A stretch of 64,000 bases of DNA from Candidatus Latescibacterota bacterium (GTDB taxonomy: Bacteria > Latescibacterota > UBA2968 > SICM01): positions 1-64,000 of the forward strand of contig CBDCJO010000001.1 in NCBI GenBank assembly GCA_965217865.1, written 5' to 3'. Shown one piece after another: positions 59,780-64,000 of this stretch. The position numbers and the translations under genes are program-made. Under the pieces are notes generated by a model. It saw only the letters and a program-made list of their open reading frames with translations, searched no databases and was not told the origin of the DNA. Position 1 is the first letter of the stretch; every line of letters begins with the position of its first letter.

Positions 59780-62161
59780 TCATCCTCCTAACTCCAATTC
59801 CACCACCGTCACCCCACTCCCCCCTTCATTCCATTCTCCCAGCCGTTGGGAGCGGATCCGTGGATGGGACTTGAGGTATTTCCCGACCTTTTGCCGCAGG
59901 GCCCCTGTCCCCTTCCCGTGAATCACGGTCGCACGCTCGATCCTGGCCACGAAAGCGTCATCCAGGTATTTATCCACCACATCCGCGGCCTCCTCGAAAG
60001 TCATCCCCCTCAGATCCAGCGTGGTCGAGGGTTCGGCCCCCCCTGAGACCGGCATACTCCCCGACCTTCGGTCTTGCTTCGGGGCTGGCCCTCCAGCCGC
60101 TTTTCGAACCTCCGACGGCGATACCTCCACCTTGATATTTCCCACGTGAACGCGAATCCTTCCCCCTGCATGTTTCCCCGGCAGAACAACCCCCTCCTTC
60201 CCGAAGCGTTCGATCCACACCCGGTCGCCTCCCTTTACGTCCATCCCTTCAGGGAATTCTTCAGGTTGATCCCCCTCGATCTCTTCCCGCACCACCCTCA
60301 GTCCTTCCTGTACTTCTCTGCGGGCCTGTCGAATCGAATCACGGCTGGCCGCCTCACGGCGGATATCGGCCACCGTACGTTCGATCAGGGTATTAGCCTG
60401 ATTCAGGATCCGCTCTGACTCCTGGAGGGCGGTTCTTTTCAGGTCCTTGCGTTTTTTTTCAAGGTCCTCCAGATTCTCTTCATAGATGCGACGAAGACGC
60501 TCAACTTCATTTTCCTGAAGAGCGAGTTTTTCGTTTCCCTCTCGATACACCTTCGAACTTTGGTCCAGATCCGCGATTAAACGCTCTACCTGACGGGCAT
60601 CGCCCCCCATTAGACGACTGGCGGCATCCACGATCGATTCGGGCATCCCCCAGCGCCTGGCGATCTCAAACGCATAGCTGCTCCCCGGGATCGAAAGGCG
60701 GAGTCGGAAAGTCGGCCTGAGCGTCTGGGTATCGAACTCCATCGACCCGTTCTCCACACTCGGTGTTTGGTGAGCAAAGGCCTTGAGGGCACCGTGATGC
60801 GTTGTCGCCACCGTCTTTGCCCCCCGTTGGACCAGTTCTTTCAGGAGGGCCATGGCCAGGGCAGCACCTTCATCCGGATCTGTGCTCCCGCCTACCTCAT
60901 CCAGCAGGACCAGCGTCTCCCGGTCCGCCTGGCGGCAAATGTGGGAAAGACGGCGGACGTGTGATGAGAATGTACTCAAATCGTTCTCGATCGACTGCTC
61001 GTCGCCGATATCCGCGAATATCCCCTGGAAGATTGAGATCTCTGTACCACGTTGGGCCGGAATCGGAAGGCCCGAACAGGCCATCAACGTCAACAATCCG
61101 ACCGTCTTGAGGGCCACGGTCTTCCCGCCCGCGTTCGGCCCCGTCAACACGAGCATCAGGAAATCCCGGCCCAGAGAGATATCAAGAGGGATCACTTCCT
61201 GGGCCGGATCCGAATCCTGGGCCCGCAGAACCAGAAGGGGATGCCGAGCCCCCTTCAGAACGATTTCTCCCCCCTCCTTGACCGGGGCGGGTTGGGCCTC
61301 AATCTCCCGGCTGAAGGCCCCAGCAGCATAGATCGCATCAAGTCTCCCAAAGGCCTCCAGTCCCTCTTTCAGGTCGTCCCGGATGGACCTCACCCGTTCG
61401 GTCAACGCGCGAAGGATGCGTTCGATCTCTCGGGCCTCTGCCAGGTCGAACTGCCGGATTTTGTTCCCAATCTCCATCGTCGCCAGGGGTTCCACGAAGA
61501 CCGTCGCCCCGCTGGCTGACAAGTCGTGGATGATACCCGGCACCCTCTTCTGACGGCCCTCCCGGAGCGGGATCACGAATCGACCCTCTCGAAGGGTAAC
61601 AAGCCGCTCCTGAACGACCTCCGACCGAAGCTCGGCTAAGATACGTTCCAGTTTTTCCCGCAGTTCCGACCTGAGCCGCTCCCGGTCGCGACGGATGCGG
61701 CCGAGTTCAGGACTTGCAGAATCGAGGATCTCCCCTTCGGGACCGATTGCTCGACCGATGGCTGCTTCCACTTCAGGATAAGATGTCAACCTTTCGGCCA
61801 GGCCGAATAGGACCGGATACTTTTCGGATCGACGTTCCAGATAATCGTTGATCTGCCTGAACACGATCAGGGAGCTACCAATCTCGGAAAGGGCTTCGGC
61901 CGACAGAACCACCCCCTCCGTGCCGCAACGGACCAGGGTTTTCCGGATATCCGGGACCTCCCGAGATGGAAAGGGATCATCGAATCCGATCAGATCGATC
62001 ATTTCTCCCACACTCCCCATCCGGCTGCTGATCAGTTCCAGGTCCGTGATCGGAACCATTTTCAGGACCTCTTCCCTTCCCATCGGAGACGCGGAGAAGC
62101 CTGAGATCCGCTGGATCACCTTGTCAAACTCCAGGACGTCTATCGTGTGTTCATCGACCAT
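59780..62161 (-). CDS. mutS2: Endonuclease MutS2
   Basis: LEFDK, SASGATVFVEP, TGPNAGGKT, DIGDEQSI..LSTFS, Smr domain LDLRG..IHGKGTG. Confidence 0.96.
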   Translation of the reverse strand: MVDEHTIDVLEFDKVIQRISGFSASPMGREEVLKMVPITDLELISSRMGSVGEMIDLIGFDDPFPSREVPDIRKTLVRCGTEGVVLSAEALSEIGSSLIVFRQINDYLERRSEKYPVLFGLAERLTSYPEVEAAIGRAIGPEGEILDSASPELGRIRRDRERLRSELREKLERILAELRSEVVQERLVTLREGRFVIPLREGRQKRVPGIIHDLSASGATVFVEPLATMEIGNKIRQFDLAEAREIERILRALTERVRSIRDDLKEGLEAFGRLDAIYAAGAFSREIEAQPAPVKEGGEIVLKGARHPLLVLRAQDSDPAQEVIPLDISLGRDFLMLVLTGPNAGGKTVALKTVGLLTLMACSGLPIPAQRGTEISIFQGIFADIGDEQSIENDLSTFSSHVRRLSHICRQADRETLVLLDEVGGSTDPDEGAALAMALLKELVQRGAKTVATTHHGALKAFAHQTPSVENGSMEFDTQTLRPTFRLRLSIPGSSYAFEIARRWGMPESIVDAASRLMGGDARQVERLIADLDQSSKVYREGNEKLALQENEVERLRRIYEENLEDLEKKRKDLKRTALQESERILNQANTLIERTVADIRREAASRDSIRQARREVQEGLRVVREEIEGDQPEEFPEGMDVKGGDRVWIERFGKEGVVLPGKHAGGRIRVHVGNIKVEVSPSEVRKAAGGPAPKQDRRSGSMPVSGGAEPSTTLDLRGMTFEEAADVVDKYLDDAFVARIERATVIHGKGTGALRQKVGKYLKSHPRIRSQRLGEWNEGGSGVTVVELELGG

Positions 62162-62310
62162 TGGGATATACGGATTGAGGTAAGGATGATGATTCGGGCA
62201 GGCTAATGGATATGGGGTAGGGAATTGGAGGCGTGTAGGAGGCGCCTGTCCCCTATAAATTCAACGCTTCCACACACACCTTCGAACCCCATGAGGACAG
62301 ATGGCGGTTC

Positions 62311-62976
62311 TTATTCGGGGGCAGAATTTGCCTTTTTTTCCTTTACCAGACTGTCCATCTCGGTCAGGATCTTTTCAACGCGCCTCGAGACCTCCTCCAC
62401 CACCACCGGATCCCGATGGATGACCGAGCCCCTGTCTTCCCTCATCCTTTCAAGCAAGTCCTCGACATTCGGCGAGAAATGACGGATCCCGGCCACCAGA
62501 CGTCGGGACGCGCCCTCAACCGGATCCGCAAGGGAGGATGAAGATAGATAGCCCGGAAGTCCAGGGAATATCGGGTGGAAAGACAGGAAAGAGAACAATA
62601 AACCCAGTCCAATGACGCCGTTTATCAACCCGACGGCCCCTCCTCCAACGGCGTTTATCGGACCCAGCCCCGCGAATCGGATCAATCGATCGAGAAAGGT
62701 GATGATCAGAAAGGAACACAGGAGGGAAACCAGAAGGATCAGGCCGGCGCCCAACCATGCTGAAGCGGATGACGACAGATCGACCCATTCGCCCAACAGG
62801 TCCCCCAACCACCCCCCTCGGGCAAGGGCAAGCCAAACGGATCCTATGATGCCCAGAAGCCCCAAAAGGGACCCCATCAGGCCTCTGCGCCACCCGTAGA
62901 GGAAGCAGATGATCAGGATGGCCGAGATGATTATATCGAAAAAGTTCACGTTGTGACCAAAAAGAGATAACCGCAC
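62311..62976 (-). CDS. CvpA family membrane protein
   Basis: N..DII..GWRRG, several TM helices, INAVGG..G; upstream of mutS2. Confidence 0.75.
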   Translation of the reverse strand: MRLSLFGHNVNFFDIIISAILIICFLYGWRRGLMGSLLGLLGIIGSVWLALARGGWLGDLLGEWVDLSSSASAWLGAGLILLVSLLCSFLIITFLDRLIRFAGLGPINAVGGGAVGLINGVIGLGLLFSFLSFHPIFPGLPGYLSSSSLADPVEGASRRLVAGIRHFSPNVEDLLERMREDRGSVIHRDPVVVEEVSRRVEKILTEMDSLVKEKKANSAPE

Positions 62977-63026
62977 CGATGACAGTGCGGTTATCTGGCT
63001 CAGATCGACCTTTAAACTTGGAAATC

Positions 63027-63215
63027 CTAATAGTCCGCGAATTTATCGCGTTTGCGCCGGGCGGAATTCAGCTTCCGTTTTCTCCGCTCGCTGGGTTTCT
63101 CAAAGTGCTGATGTTTCTTCATCTCCGAGATAATCCCCGCTTTCTCGCAGGTCTTTTTAAACCTTCTCAATGCTTTTTCGAACGGCTCCTTTTCCCGCAC
63201 AATGACCCCTGGCAT
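63027..63215 (-). CDS. rpsU: 30S ribosomal protein S21
   Basis: [24 protein letters not shown]. Confidence 0.97.
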   Translation of the reverse strand: MPGVIVREKEPFEKALRRFKKTCEKAGIISEMKKHQHFEKPSERRKRKLNSARRKRDKFADY

Positions 63216-63587
63216 GAACCCGATCAGCCTCCTTTCCCTTTTGGGTATCTTTTCTTCACAAGAGCCGGCCAGTACTCATCGACCACGATTCTGGCCTAAT
63301 TTTAATATATTTAACTATTTATCTGAGCCTATCGGCCCAAACTAACCTGGATCCTTCCACGGTTGAATCTTGACGAACGGGATAGTTAATGACCTTTGAA
63401 TATAAATTATCGGTGTCGCTTTCGCAACAGTTTTATCTCGGAAAACCCGTTGGCTTTTTCGAAAAGATCGTGAGCTATCCTAACGGATTCGGAAACTTCG
63501 ATCACGCCCTCGGTCCCTTGAGCTTGAAACCAAAAATTGCTTGACCTTTTTTATATATTATGTAGATTAATTTCTCAGAAATTTTGC

Positions 63588-63661
63588 GGGCCCATAGCTC
63601 AGTTGGTTAGAGCAGATGACTCATAATCATCCGGTCCGGGGTTCGAGTCCCTGTGGGCCCA
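63588..63661 (+). tRNA. tRNA with CAT anticodon, probably tRNA-Ile2 (lysidine); CCA not encoded
   Basis: GGGCCCA/TGGGCCC acceptor, GATGA-CTCATAA-TCATC anticodon arm, GGTTCGAGT; the acceptor stem resembles Ile2 more than Met. Confidence 0.85.
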
Positions 63662-63754
63662 TTCGATCACTCAGGTAAGGATGGTTCGATCGGAACTTTT
63701 GTATTCAACCTGGAAGGTATGTCCGACCTTTTAAAACGCAGATTATGCTTGTGG

Positions 63755-63831
63755 GGGCGATTAGCTCAGTCGGTTAGAGCGCTGGTCTCACATACCAGAG
63801 GTCACTGGTTCGAATCCGGTATCGCCCACCA
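63755..63831 (+). tRNA. tRNA-Val(CAC)
   Basis: GGGCGAT/ATCGCCC acceptor, CTGGT-CTCACAT-ACCAG, GGTTCGAATCC, ACCA end. Confidence 0.95.
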
Positions 63832-63914
63832 GCCTCAAAGGGGGGCACGCCCGCGATGGATCTCTCGGGCGTCGGGGACAAGAATTATCTCCGGGCGTCC
63901 AGATCCCAATAGTT

Positions 63915-63951
63915 AAAAGGAGTGCATCCTTCCAGATGCACTCCTTTTTTT
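63915..63951 (+). terminator. Rho-independent terminator after the tRNAs (possibly bidirectional)
   Basis: AAAAGGAGTGCATC-cttcca-GATGCACTCCTTTTTTT. Confidence 0.85.
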
Positions 63952-64000
63952 ACGGACAGGAGGAGACGCGCTGAATGAAGGAAAGCCTGTTCAATATTCT

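Noticed and set aside
63588-63831. tRNA-anchored genomic island
   Set aside because: No integrase and no duplicated tRNA 3' end within the window.
63975-64000. ORF start MKESLFNI after AGGAGG
   Set aside because: Truncated by the window edge and too short to call.

Overview
GC-rich bacterial chromosomal window. PorX, cohesin/dockerin-like surface protein, sialidase and UxaE suggest an FCB-group organism such as Latescibacterota; this is an inference. Most of it is core metabolism on the minus strand: a complex I cluster (nuoA-CD-E-F-G-H-J-K-L-M-N, with no nuoB or nuoI) running into a complete F1Fo atp operon, then two queC paralogs, queF and queD. Also present are mlaEFD, recJ, msrP, fliN/fliL, a kinase-PdxA fusion, HK-porX-tsaE, dnaG, ispG, mutS2, rpsU and two tRNAs. 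Mobile or decayed DNA comprises an IS200/IS605 tnpA in a REP-like hairpin cluster, an intact IS1595 with an 8-bp TSD, and three broken genes. The most unusual signal is non-coding. Many intra-operon spacers are built from heptamer (and hexamer) repeat arms, often arranged as inverted pairs. These start at or inside stop codons (two unrelated genes end in the same repeat-encoded KLKNED*) and end just before the next start codon. They include a six-copy conserved element and a perfect 38x TTCGTGA array between atpB and atpE. AATT-bounded palindromes around the que genes and inside a DUF1016 remnant are a second unexplained signal. All calls come from reading motifs by eye; no searches were run.
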